DNA of 57,018 nucleotides, taken from positions 1 to 57,018 of the forward strand of contig KZ538643.1 in the NCBI GenBank assembly GCA_000934665.2, given 5' to 3'. Below, piece by piece: positions 13,339-26,400 of this stretch. Below the pieces are notes generated by a model that saw only the letters and a list, made by a program, of their open reading frames with translations, did not search any database and had not been told where the DNA came from. The stretch comes from Catajapyx aquilonaris (lineage: Eukaryota). A program made the translations under genes and the position numbers. Positions within the stretch are counted from its first letter, which is position 1. Each line of letters starts with the position of its first letter.

Positions 13339-16300
13339 CATAAAATAAGTCAAGAGTTAATGACATTTTGAACGAGTATTTCATCAATACACACCCATTC
13401 AAATCTACTACATTCAACTAAGCTCGTGTGACCTTGAACTTCAAAAAAATTTCGCCTGCGGCGGGCTTGCTCCCCTCCCTCTACTGCTTATGGGCCCGCA
13501 CCCTAAAATTTTCTGTCTACGCCCCTCAGTTGTACGTTATTATAGAAAGTCAGCCAAAAAATTGTTGGATACGCAATTCGTGTTGTACAGAAATTCACTC
13601 ACTGAGAATAGGCCCTGCATTTAGTTCTTGCCCTAGGCCCCGCACCCACCTAGGGCCGGCCCTGATCAGAGGGAACCCCTAGTTGACCCACATGATTGCC
13701 ACTTTGCATGGCAATTAACAGTCCCAATGTTTCGAATGTGCAAAAATTGCAAACACGTCTTTTGCCTAATGCAGACGCTTGTGCCCCTTTATTTTTTAAA
13801 AAAAGAAGGTAATTCAATTATCTCTTACAGTTACACTTTATTTAGAACACATCAGATGACACACATGTTTATACAGGGTGAAGGGAAATTTGCGCCCAAT
13901 CGCCAGGTAGACTGATTGTACTCACAAAACTAATATAGGGAAGTGCAATTAGTTTTGGGCGCCGTTGTGTAGTTAATGCATACGGCGCTTTTAAAGTGTT
14001 GTGACGTCACATCCACTCCACCAGTTTCAAAGAAGCAAAGGTCAGCTCGAGGGCCTCTGAATAATCCGGCCTTGGGCTCGTAACTCATCGCCCATGTGTA
14101 ATAGGTAATCAAATCCTGTCAGAGTAAGAATCTGGGTACGACCCCATGCACTTTGTCAATTTTCTGCCTCATATTCTACCATCTGACACTACACTTTAAT
14201 GGCACCGTATGCATTCACTACGCACCGGCATACAAAACTAATTGCACATCCCTATATTAGTTTTGCGAGTCCTATCAGTCTACCTGGCGATTGGGCGCGA
14301 ATTTCCCTTCACCCTGTGTAGTATTATAGGTAGGGTCATTGCAAAAGACTCATGCTGCAGCTGTCACTCGCAGAATTTCAAGTTGGGCAGGCAGCAGTAA
14401 TTGTCCCTTACATGCAAAGAAGTAGCTTGTGTGTCTGTTGTACTCTATAACTGGTGTATCCCTTATCTTGCTGCAATTCCCTCAGAGTTCACCAAATCTA
14501 ACAATTTTTACAGTTTGAGTAATCTATGCCGTACCAACTGTTCTGATGTGAATTACAGGTGAAAATCTACATCTCAACTCTGCCCAAGCGGTGCATATTA
14601 GCCAGTTTTCTAAAAAACAAAACTTCTATTACTGACAACTACTACTAATGTTCAAGTCTCGGCAAGTAAATTGAAGGAATGTCGCTTTTTCTTTTATTTG
14701 CTATAGATAGGATCAGTGTTTGAAATATATATCTTTCTGTGCAACTATGAGTTCATTAGTAACTAGGTGGTTCATTTCTGCATGCGCCAAAAGTCAGCCA
14801 CTTGGTTAAATCTACATGCAAATGGAGTTCGATTAATTTCCATTACTGGGTGTTTATAAACAAAAGCACCAACCTTAAAACACCATAACTTATTTTCTTG
14901 ATTGGTTAGTCAAGTCAAGCAGAAGAGCATGTGGTAACTTCTGGCCAGGTGTGAAAGTTTATGGTCCATCAACTTCTGTGACTTTGCTAACCAATTTTTT
15001 AAGTGTCATGGCCATTCCAAAGTTTATGCATTCATTAAATACACTTTTTATGTTTTATGCAGGAATTGGGGGTTGAGAATGGAAATTCACACCATACAGA
15101 ACAGGAAGGCAGGCAGCATAGATTACCTTGTTGCTTAGAAGAAGGGGGACCCTAACACTCAAGAAGAAGGGGATGGCTCTTGGCCTGTTTTGGTTTTCTT
15201 TTTTTTTTTTTTTTTAGTTGGAGGCAGGCAGGCACTTACTTTCCACAGATTTTACATGGATACTCTTCCACCAGAATGTCTTGGGTGGGAGTAGAGTTGG
15301 TAGTGGAAGTGGACGTGGCTGTGGTCATGTGATTGGCAATGGAGATGGCCGAGCTTGTGGCCAGGTGGGTGGAGGTTGAGGTGTGAAGGTGTGGGAGGGA
15401 TGTACGCTTGCTAGCATGCTCCCCCATAGGTGACTGGCCTCTCCCACTACTCCCATGGACACGGATGTGCCCATTCAGAGCTGCTCGGGAGTTAAAGCTC
15501 TGGAATAATAGGAAGAATTAGTTACAAGTGTTATTTTTACCACATATGATTACCATTATGTAATAAACAAAATAAAATATATATTAGATAAAGTAATACT
15601 AAGTGGAAAAAGTTCGCTCATATCTGTATCAGTGGTACAGATCCTCTCTAGTAACAAAGAAAATCTTCAGGATGCCTGTTTAGCTTTGGGGACTAAGGTT
15701 TTGGATTCAAAAGGTACTATCGGCATGGAAATGGTCCAGACACTTTGGGATAGGCTGAGCACTGACCAGTGTCCAGACCATTTTCAATGCTAATAGCACC
15801 TAATGGTGTAAAAACTAATAGTTAAATCAGAACTACAAAATACATTCAAGCTGAGATGACACTTGGAATGTTGCAAATTTGCACTTTTCCTATTTTAAAG
15901 TGTGTTTACATGTGAGCGATAACATAACAGAGTAACCCTAGTTGCGATTGTTACTTTCGCTCCAAACAATTATTGGATTCATCGCTCGGGGATCAAATCG
16001 CTCACTTGTAAACGCACCTGAAAATGGTCATAGTCAACAGGTACCTAAATATATTTAAACCTTAATGGCAATCATATAGATGGCTCCCAATTTTTAGGGC
16101 CACATATTGTTCTATAAAATATTAAATCTATGATTGCACAATACACATTACACAGTGTGATACCCCAGTGTGATACTACTGAACAATGAGAAACCATGAG
16201 TCTCTAATCATCAGTTTTATTTTAAATCAGCTAAAATAAATATAATATGCAACTCTGCAAACTAGGTGCAATCTGCCAATAAATTATCGCCATTAAAACT

Positions 16301-17370
16301 GAATGACAATAACTAAAAACTTCCTGACTATTTCTATGGACATATTTTTGAAACATAGTGACTTTACAAAACTCCAAGCATCATATCTCAGCTTGCTGAC
16401 TGTACAGTATTTGCAACATCTTTCGCTTTCCCATTTTACACTTTATTGCGCATGTTTTGCACCAAAATTATACTCTATGAAGAAAATAGGTGTCTGGATG
16501 ATTTCCTATCTGACTTGGTATATAATAATAATAATTGTGGGTAGTGCTTCTGACCCCTGGGGTACAATCATGGACATTTATTTTAGCCATTCACACTTAG
16601 GACCTTTAGCGAAACACCCGGGCCCACGGGCAGGGTGACAGGAGGGGATGTGCAATGTGCAGTGCAAAGTTTCTACTATGGTACATTGTTTGTGAACACC
16701 CTCGGGTGGATATGTCTAGCGGAAATTCCACCAGAGACGAAGCCAGAGACAACCCAACTCTGCACGAGATGAAGGGGGGAACCCCGGGCTGGGATCGAAC
16801 CCGGGACCTTAACATCCGTGGGCTCATACATTACCGCAGCACCACTCTGCCTCCCCTATGTGACTTTTTATAGCAAAGCCTGCATGCCATGGAATTATCT
16901 GGTTCCACATTCTTTTTCTTCAATGAAATACCTTCTGATGTGAGAGATAGTACCAAACTTTTAAAGTGATATTCTTAAGCAATCAGGTTTGCTCATAACT
17001 TAAAAGAGGTCAGTCTGGCAACTCCCTCTCTGGGGACAGTACAACTTTTTCTGCACACCCACGTCTGGTTCGTATTGGCTGTCCCCGACCGAAGCAGTGG
17101 TGTCGGAGGGGATATGGTATCCGACTGCTAATCGGGAGGTCCTGGGTTCGAATCCCGGTGCCGGCAACTCTAACCGGGGTTTTCTGTGGTTTCCCATGGT
17201 TCCTCCAGGAGAATTCCGGAGTTGTTTCCTAAACTAATAGGCCACAGCCGCCTCCTTCCTTTCCTATCCTATCCCAAAAAGCGCAGTAAAAACGAAAGAA
17301 AGAGTTCCAGTCAAAACAAAAAAAAAAAAAAATCTCCCCTAAAGAGCCGCTGGCTGATAACGGGGTATGA

Positions 17371-17415
<45 letters not shown>

Positions 17416-20400
17416 GGCTGTCCCCTCACCTGATGAAACCACTGTATAAGACAATGAATTTTTAACCAACTCTGACCTCGCACCCTTGAAAAATATAGAT
17501 TGCACCATCAAAATTAACTTAATATTTTTCACCAAATTTATCGAAGGGGTGCAGGGACTATCTACATTGCAAACTCCCATATTATTTATGCTTCATACGG
17601 GGTTGTGGTCACTGATGAATCTAAAAATGTTCCCAGTTTCTGCATTACAACAACAGGTTCTGTTATATCCATACAAAATGCTAAGAAAATAATATCTAGC
17701 AGCTAGGATCTCAACATTTCTCTGCACTAGACAAGTGTCTGCTATGTGCAGGGTGCATAAAGGCAGGTTTCATAGTAGCATCCTTTTGCAAACACTCCTG
17801 ATGCCCTGTTACTCCAACCTCTTCACTGCTAATTGCATCTTAATTGTCCATTTAACAGACTGGAGAAACTGAGCCTCAGTCATGTTGGCAAGGTCAGGTA
17901 AACTGTGCAAAAATATGACGGAAGTTTTGGTTCTCTTATATGGAGGACCAATACTATATCTGGAAAGTTTATACAGATGTAATGACTATATTTTTTTCCA
18001 TATAGTATTCAGAGGAAGTTCACATATCAAATTTTTGATAGCTTTAACATTTCAAATTAGTCACAGTTTTTATACTTTTTGGTCATCAATAGTAAAAGAT
18101 TTCATGTGCTCATGAATGCAAGACTGCTTCATAAAATTGATATATCATTCCAAGCATCTTACAAACGTACTCTGCCATCCCAAGGAGGAACACCCTATCT
18201 TCAAAACTAGTAAGGACAGAAGTTGAGTGCATGCCCTTCGTCCATTCCCCCTGAGCCTGGGGGCTAGATGCAGCCATGCAGGGCAGGCACATGACCTTTG
18301 TCCTTACTGGTTTTCAAGAAGCGTTTCACCATGGAAGGCAGAACTGCATGACCACCATGTAGTGAGCCCTGGTCAAAGTGTTCTTCATTACATTCAACAT
18401 GTCTACTTTCAAATGGTAACAGATGGTGAATATTTCTCATCACAGAAAAGCAACCTTGACCAGTTTCTGTGGTGCTTCTAAGGTGACAAGCATGTTTTGT
18501 TACATAAAAAAAGGTTACATGGCCATTATTATATAGAGATTACACTCTATCATTAAATATTACTAAATTAGCAAAGACTCATTCAAAGCAAGGGTTAGGA
18601 AAGGTGGATTTGGAAATAGTTTATAAAAAAAGAAGTTGTTAGTACTTACTGAGGTACAATCAGGATATTCACAAGCAAAAGGCCTGCCCTCTGTAGCAGA
18701 AGGAACCACAGGCTCACCACACTCAACACTCTGTAAGTAGTGGAGGACAAAATAATGCTGCTACAGCCAGGTTCAAACCACATCTTCAGCTATAGCAAAC
18801 ATGCAAGAACAACACTCACAGGAGTAGTGGCCTTGTCCTCAATTTTGCAAGTAGTAACTTCAGTTTGACTGACATCTAGACTGGTGACAAGACCATCCAT
18901 CTCTCTGCGCCGCCAAAGTAGTCGAAATCGCCTGTATTCTTCTGGGCAGATTTTCTTCCACAGGTAGTAAAACTGAATGCACTGCTTCGTAGCCTTTGTC
19001 CCAATCTGGAAATCACATGGGGTCCAAAACAACCTTATTGGCTACACAACAGCTAGATGGCTCACAAGTAAAATGATGTCTATTTTTTCAAGAATTGAGA
19101 TGAGGCTACCTATCCTAACTAACAGGAGGATATGATGTTTACACATCATCTGACCATAAGCATCCATTTGACCTAAGTTTAAGATGTTCATTGAACATAC
19201 TCAAATATGGCATGGTGGATATGAAAAACTGCAAATGTTTTGAGCTCATCTTACTCTACCACAAATGATTCTGATCCTATTCCACGAGTAATCAATGCCC
19301 GCATAATGGACATAGCTCACATATTTCTATATTTTTGTGCAAGTTGGGGTGTTTTTCAGTGTCCGATGGGATTCAATATATTCACATGTGGAGGTCCCCT
19401 GTTATCGTAGATGGACGTTTCTGTCAGGTTGGGTGGCACCTAAACTAATCATGAGCAGCGGGCAGTTGTGTGTTACACTGTGTAGGGGGTACCCACTCCT
19501 TTTGAAAATCCATGGCGTTAGCGACCACAATGCGCATCCGAAGTGACCCCTGGCCACTCTCCACCAACCTGAAGCAAACACTGTATGACGCAACCCCACC
19601 CCATCCCCGGGCATATTCTGCCACCAGATCTACTGCCGCTCTTACATGACGTCATCTTGGACAGACAGACATTCTCGATTCTTAATATGATTTAACCAAC
19701 TGAGTGATCCATTCGTATCAGCCTTGGGTAAGATAAGTCATAAGTTAACCAGAGAACCTAGGCATTTTATAATTAAACTGTTGAAATAACATCCAACTAT
19801 TAGATTATTAATCTACAAATATATCACTGCTTGAAAGTTGTATTGTTATACTTACGCTACATTTTTCAGAATTCATCTCTCATTTGTATGTTTGAAAATC
19901 CTAACCAGTGGCAGGCATTACCTCTCGTTCTATGAGGTAGAAATCCTTGCTGAACTTCATCAACCCATGCTGGAATGCCTCAATTTCCTGTGGTGTCCAC
20001 TTGTCACTCTCCGAGTAGGAATAGGAGAGGAGAGGGTGGTTTGATGGAAGCCTTGGTGTACTCTGCATGAGCTTCAACATCGCATCCTGTATTCAAATTG
20101 AATAATCAGTCAAGAAAGGACAGCTATTCTTTAAGGAATGGTGTCTCTCTCACTTACATGAATATTTCCATCACACATATACAGTAGATGTAAAGCATAT
20201 TCCTTGTTGCGACCTCCTCCTGGCACTGCAGCACAACAAGCAAATTCCAGGTACATCTCAACTGCAAGTAGAGAAGAACCACTAATTATTCAAAAAGCTA
20301 TGTAATGGCCGGTTTCACCGAGCCCGGTTTTGATAAAAACCCCGGTTCTTTTGGAAAATCCCTATTCTATTTGCAGGGATTTTCCGAGAGAACGGGGGGG

Positions 20401-23400
20401 TTTTATCAAAACCGGGCTCGGTGAAACAGGCCATATGAGGCAGTTATTCATGTGATTTTTTAAGAGCATGTAAATGATTCAACTCGTATGTTTCCTGCCT
20501 AGTGTTATATCCTCTCAAGCACTAAAGGATGCCACAAGAAAGCCCAGTAAAAGTTGCCTAATTTTTATTTGAAATCTTCAGACCTAGTGGAGACAAATTT
20601 TAACTAATTGTCGCGTGGTACGGCAAAAACACCTAAGTGCCGGAAACGGTCTTGGCACTAGGTGTTTCTGCCGTACCATGTGACAATGGTGAAAAGTGCC
20701 TCCTTGTAGCAGCAACATTAAAAAATTATATTCAGCAGGACTGAAGTTTTCTTTCATGTCATCCCAATCCCTGTTGTCCATATGTGTAATGGCCTTATTA
20801 CACCAGCACTTCTGTTATACACAGTTTTATTTATGGGGAGGAGTAAGCTATGGATGTTTCTGTGTAGGCATATTCTGCTACATCCAATAAAAATGGAAGT
20901 GAATTTGCATGCAAAATTACCGAAGTCGCCTTTGGCAATTTTAAATCAGAAATAATTGCAAAATTGCGAAGTGGAGGGTTAAAATCATGCATAGGTATCT
21001 AAAATTGTTGAAAAATACCTTCTTCATGTGAATATCTGTCTTCCACTGCTGGATCCCAGAGCATGTCCTCTCTGCAGGATTCCCATTGCAACAGCTTTCT
21101 GTGCTGTGGAAGAACCTTGGGTATCTGAGCCTGGAACTGGTGGCCCACATTCATGCGAGGCTTACAGTATAATTCCGGTGCAGACACTTCAGGACAAAAC
21201 CCATCTATGGAGAAAGTAATGGAACAGAATAAAGCAACTGTCTGCCCTTCAAAATGCAATAAAAAAGGACACTAACCCTTCTGATAGATATTTCTGGATG
21301 TGTTCTTTAGGAGCTGGCAGAAGAGTCCCGATCCACTTCTGTTTGGACTCAGCATTGGTGGAGGAGTATAAGGGGGAGGGGAGGACCTATGTTGAGAAGA
21401 GTGATGATGTGTTGAGTGGTGAGTATGGGTGGTTGGGTGGAGGTGAGAATCCCATAATCGGGGAGAGCGAAGGTTGGAAGGAAAACCCAGGCTGCCCTGA
21501 GGTGGTATTAGGAGTGGTTCTGGACGAACCTTCCTTCTGCTCACTACACTTCGTACTGGATTGTTGCTAATGCTGAAAGTTGCATGGTAAAAGTTCAGTT
21601 TTCAACTAGTGATGTGATGATTGTTTACATTCACTTATAAAGTTTGTTGTAACTTTCTAGCAGACATGGAGATTTTTAGGCACACTTCATAATCAGGTAT
21701 ACCAGGGACAGGCATGTTTATATTTTTCCATGGATTCAGAAAGTATGTCACAAAATTTCATTCATTGCATCTTTCTCTCCCATGGTGTTTAGTTAGGCAA
21801 CTTAATTTAAAGTCACACTGTTTATGTAATATTACTTCATGCATTTCAAGTCAGAAATACAGTACGTGTCCACATGGAAATTAAAGTTTGTTCCGGAATG
21901 TTTTGAAACCCATTCTGTGGACCAGTAGTGTTAGAGCTAATGCAGGCAGCCAAATCAATACCTTTCCATCAGTACATCTGGACTCAGGCAATAACTTTTG
22001 ATAACATTACCTCTTGCAATATCAATTCACATAATGAAACAAATTTCACACTTACGTAGTAGGGCTCAAGAAGATATCATTCTCTTCCTCCTTGATAATC
22101 ACCCCAACCATCTTCTGCTGTTCCCTCACTGCTGCTGCCAGTGTTGCTGCCAAGTCACCATCTGGGCAACTCAACGACCTCTGCTGAAGCACCCCCGTGC
22201 TTCCAACCTGTTGTTGCTGGTACTGAAGCTGAGCTGTTGTCCTAGTTGCTGCTTGTGCTGTGAATGTTGCTTCACTGCTCATCCGCCTCTCACGACTGTG
22301 TGGTCCAATTATCACACCAGCTGTGGCTGTCACTGTGGTACCTACTGGGCTGGCCCCTCCAGCAGCTTGTCTGTAAGCCGAGTTGAACTCAAATCGACTT
22401 CGCCCACTGAAATCCTTTGGGCTGCTTGAGAGGAGTGGGTCTTCTGAGTTGAGCATCATTTGGGACTGGAGTGTATGGGGTGGTGTCAGAGGGAAGGTTA
22501 GAGAGGGAGGGAACCCAGTTGGCTGTGGGGTTGCAGGAGATGCCAGTTGTGGGTCGACTGATGACTGGGTACTAACCTGCAGTCAGAATATTTTCATGAA
22601 TTAACATCTCATCTGTCCAAATGTCAGGTCAAGTTTCTAAAGTGAAATGACGATAATAAAATACATGCAAACACACTAAAATGAAGCACAATTAATTCTT
22701 GTCTGCTCTTTTACACTAGGCAACCCATTGCTATAATCTGGTCACTGTACCTTTTAAGCTCTATGGAGCTTTTACTTTTAGTTTTCATCCAGATTGCTAC
22801 TTCCTTTAACCCATTTGTTCCTAGCGTCCTATATATCAGGGTTGGGGAACTTTCCTTTCACCTGCGTCAGGAGGGTCTCTCACCTGCACCAAGGAGGTGT
22901 CTGGCAACCTAGCCTCCTGGGGGACTGCACATGACCCGTTTAACGACATTGCACTTGCACTCGTGTCCCCTCCCCGAAAAACCCTATCCTTACCCAATTT
23001 ACTTGATTCCTTGCACCGAACTTGAGAAAAATTGAAGAAAAAAAAAAGGTTCATGCGAATGGGCAAAATGTATGACATAATTTGAATCACGTGGGACGGT
23101 GGTGCTGTTTGAGCATCCAGGGGATATGGGTGTGTGCTGGAGTGAGGAAGGTATGCCATTTGCAAAAATGATGTCTTGGTCTGCAAAGCACCACGCAGTC
23201 ATCATGGAGATTTATTTTAAAAAATAATGACTCCACCATAGCTGTGCAAAAAATCTTTCTTCGCCATTTTGGGCTGGGATGTCAGAACCAAGTCCCTGAC
23301 CACCGGGCAATCATAAGGGGGGTGAAGCAGTTCTGAGACACAGCATCAGGAACCAAAAAAGCAGTGGACATCCAAGGACATAGCTGACCCTCCCAAGATG

Positions 23401-26400
23401 TATACAATGCACTCCTCCAAAGTCCTTGGCGATCAGCAGTTAGGCACTCCTTGGCACTATCAATGTCGGCACACTCCCTGTGCCGCATCATCCATGATGT
23501 CCTGCACTTTCATCCTTACAAGATGAAGCTGTGCAACAATTGAAAGCAAGGGACAAAGTGGCCCAAAGAACCTTTTTTGACGCTTGGAATGGCCGCTAGC
23601 CCAGGACTTCGGAGTAGCGCGTTGAATACCCCTTGGGGGATCCGTTGTGTCCTTGGACCAGTGCTATTCTGGTCCAGGGATGATGATGTGTTCAGGAATT
23701 ACTTCACCCACCTTATGTTTGTCCGGTGGTCGATAACTGGCTTGATTTTTTTGCTACAGGAAAGTTGTCCCAGCAGAAAATTTATGATTACATGACATAT
23801 ATATGAGATGTTCACCAGTAGGGAGAATGCCCTTGTTGATTTGATGTTAGCATGGGAAGAACTTTCATAATGGGAGACTGAATGTGGCAGGGGTAGGGGC
23901 ACACTGCACCAACCTACCCCATGACCTAACCTTCCTTCCCAGCAGATACATGCCTAGGAAAGTAGGTAAACGTGTGGGGTTGGCTGTTATGAAAGCGTTT
24001 CCTTAACTTGTTGCAGAAATAAATGAACAATGGGTCGCTTGTGAACTATGAAAATTGGTTGCATGCTGAAAATTTACTGGCTGCAGTGGTAATAACTGAA
24101 CCAACCTTGATATCCCCTTCTTGGTAATATGCTTGCTGGATAGGATACATGGAGGCTGCTGTCAGTGGAGTATTACCAAACTGCTGAGAGGTGAATAGAG
24201 GTGACTGCATTGCATGGCTCTCCTGGCTTGAAGGTGGAGTGGGATAGGTGAAGCTGGGTGAATCTTGGTGAAGTGGGGATTGCAGTGGAGACTGGCTAGG
24301 GTAAGTAAAGGCAGGTTCCTTTGCTAATGGTGACTCCAGAGGAGACTGATTAGGGGCAGCAAATTGCTGTCCCTGGGCTGCCCCTGTCTGTGATTGCTGC
24401 TGCATCTGGAGGTCCTGAGATGATGGATATGTGAATGGCACAGGAGAAGAGTATTCCTGCTGCTGGACTGTGGTAGATGGTTCATAGTCATCCAGTCCTA
24501 GAAATGAAGCATTCACAGTGACTTGTCATTCTAGAAGTACTTGGGTATTCTTATATTTTAATATTAAATTTCAGGATATTTGCAAATTCTGAGGCAATGT
24601 TTTTGCCAACTATCACCTGCCATCATAACCTGCAATCTTACAGGAATCTTCTGAGGAAGTGATACATGTGTTTCTCGTGATTTTTCATAAATGCTCCTAA
24701 TGACAGTGAAACTACCTGTATTGGAACTACACATAATAAAGCTAATCAAAGCCCATCAATACCAATCCCATCGTCAGCCTGCTTTGACAGGGGAACCCCT
24801 GCTCTAACATTCTGTTAATTAAATAGAGATTATTGCTAAACACTGCGATTGAAATCAAAATATGGTACGGGTACCCCATTTGGAAAATGTGCCTTTTCGA
24901 TAGCCTTTATGTGAATTTCGATTTTCAGGCAAATGTCAAGTTCAGGAAGGGTAATATAACTTATGTGAAAACCTCGCCTTATACCGGCATGCCAGTATAG
25001 CCACCAGATCATGCATTTCTAAAAACTGGTCGACCACACCTACACCGGCATGCCGCAATATGAGAGGTAATACGGTATGTTCTTTGTATACAGTATTAGC
25101 AGTGTAACCGCTCCTCTCCTCATGCCTTCTTAGTGACACTTCCACTGTATGGGGGGAAATAAGAGCAGCTCTGCATTTGTTCCCTGTATCTGTAAAAATA
25201 CAAATTCACAGCACATACTGTATTTCCATCGTTAAACTATTTATGGCCGTCTAATACAGCCACTGCTGAGATCCATGGATGGTTTTGAAATAAAACTTTT
25301 AGGTTGGCAATCCAGAAGTTGCAACTTGCAAGTAAAAAATTACAAGAAAGAAAGAAAAATATAGCCAGTCCCTGACTTAGGTACCTACGCCAAAGGTAGA
25401 TTCACACTTACGTAATAAATTTCTGATCTGTGCAAAAAATCTATGGAACAAATTGATAACGTAAAATGCCAGAAATTTAGAGAAAGCGAGATAAATTTAG
25501 CATCATGGCAACTTGGGACCTGCCTGCTGAGACTCATTCCATAACCCAGTTTACACGTGACAAACACTTGTGACCAGTGGTGTTGCGGAAAAGTTTCGGC
25601 AGGGTATGCGCTCGAGGGGCAAATCCTCTTTGTAGTGTTTGTACATTGTACCCGAGGCAAAAATTCGGCAGGGTGTATTGAAAAGTTGACTTGCAGCGGA
25701 AGCATAGCGGGAAGAGGGCGGCATGGTGGTCTAGTGGTTATGCCACTGGCCAGCCAAGCGGGAGGCCGGGGTTCACATCCTGTCCTCGTCACCTCTGCTT
25801 GGCCGGGTCTTTTTCCGCTTTTCACCCGACATGCCGAAGCAGAATTGCACTCCCTTCTCTGCTCGGGGCCAGGAGAAAAGGCCTGGTGTTAAAGAATGTC
25901 AGAAATGGCTATCGCACGGCGCCCTCCCTTGGGAACTAATCTTCCCCTTCCCCCCTAAGAGGGCCACCAGCTCTATCAAGGGGTAACAAACAAATAAACA
26001 AACAAACAAACAACAACAACAACAAAAAACAGCGGGAAGAAGCCCGCCGAAGGTGAAATCTTTTGGGGGGTTCAAGATCACACAAGCTTAGGTGAATGTA
26101 ACTGCAAAGTACAGTGTAATCCTCCTAAAACAATATGAAAGAATGCAGTAGACCTACTGACCTTCACTCACCGCTGTTTTTATCTCTTTTTTCCCACTGC
26201 ACTTTCGCGGATGACAGTGATCCGAACAGATACGTCCAGTGTTCTAACCTCAACTGACTCTTTTTCCCCTTTATTTTACCAGCAGAACCGTTTTGAGCCA
26301 TTAAAAACAGAAAGTAGTACCCTAATTTGTCAAGTGTCACAGATAGGCGAAAAAGTTTCGGGCCCACTCTTTTGACTAGCAGCATTGACCGCCTGCTTTA

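Noticed and set aside
17085..17170. tRNA-like sequences here and at 25716, 35585 and 47073
   Set aside because: Acceptor stems do not pair and they continue into repeat bodies or tails; these are SINE heads, not tRNA genes
23230..23905. Possible extra exon or transposase remnant in intron 9
   Set aside because: Exons 9 and 10 already join in frame; no recognisable motif or compatible splice pair
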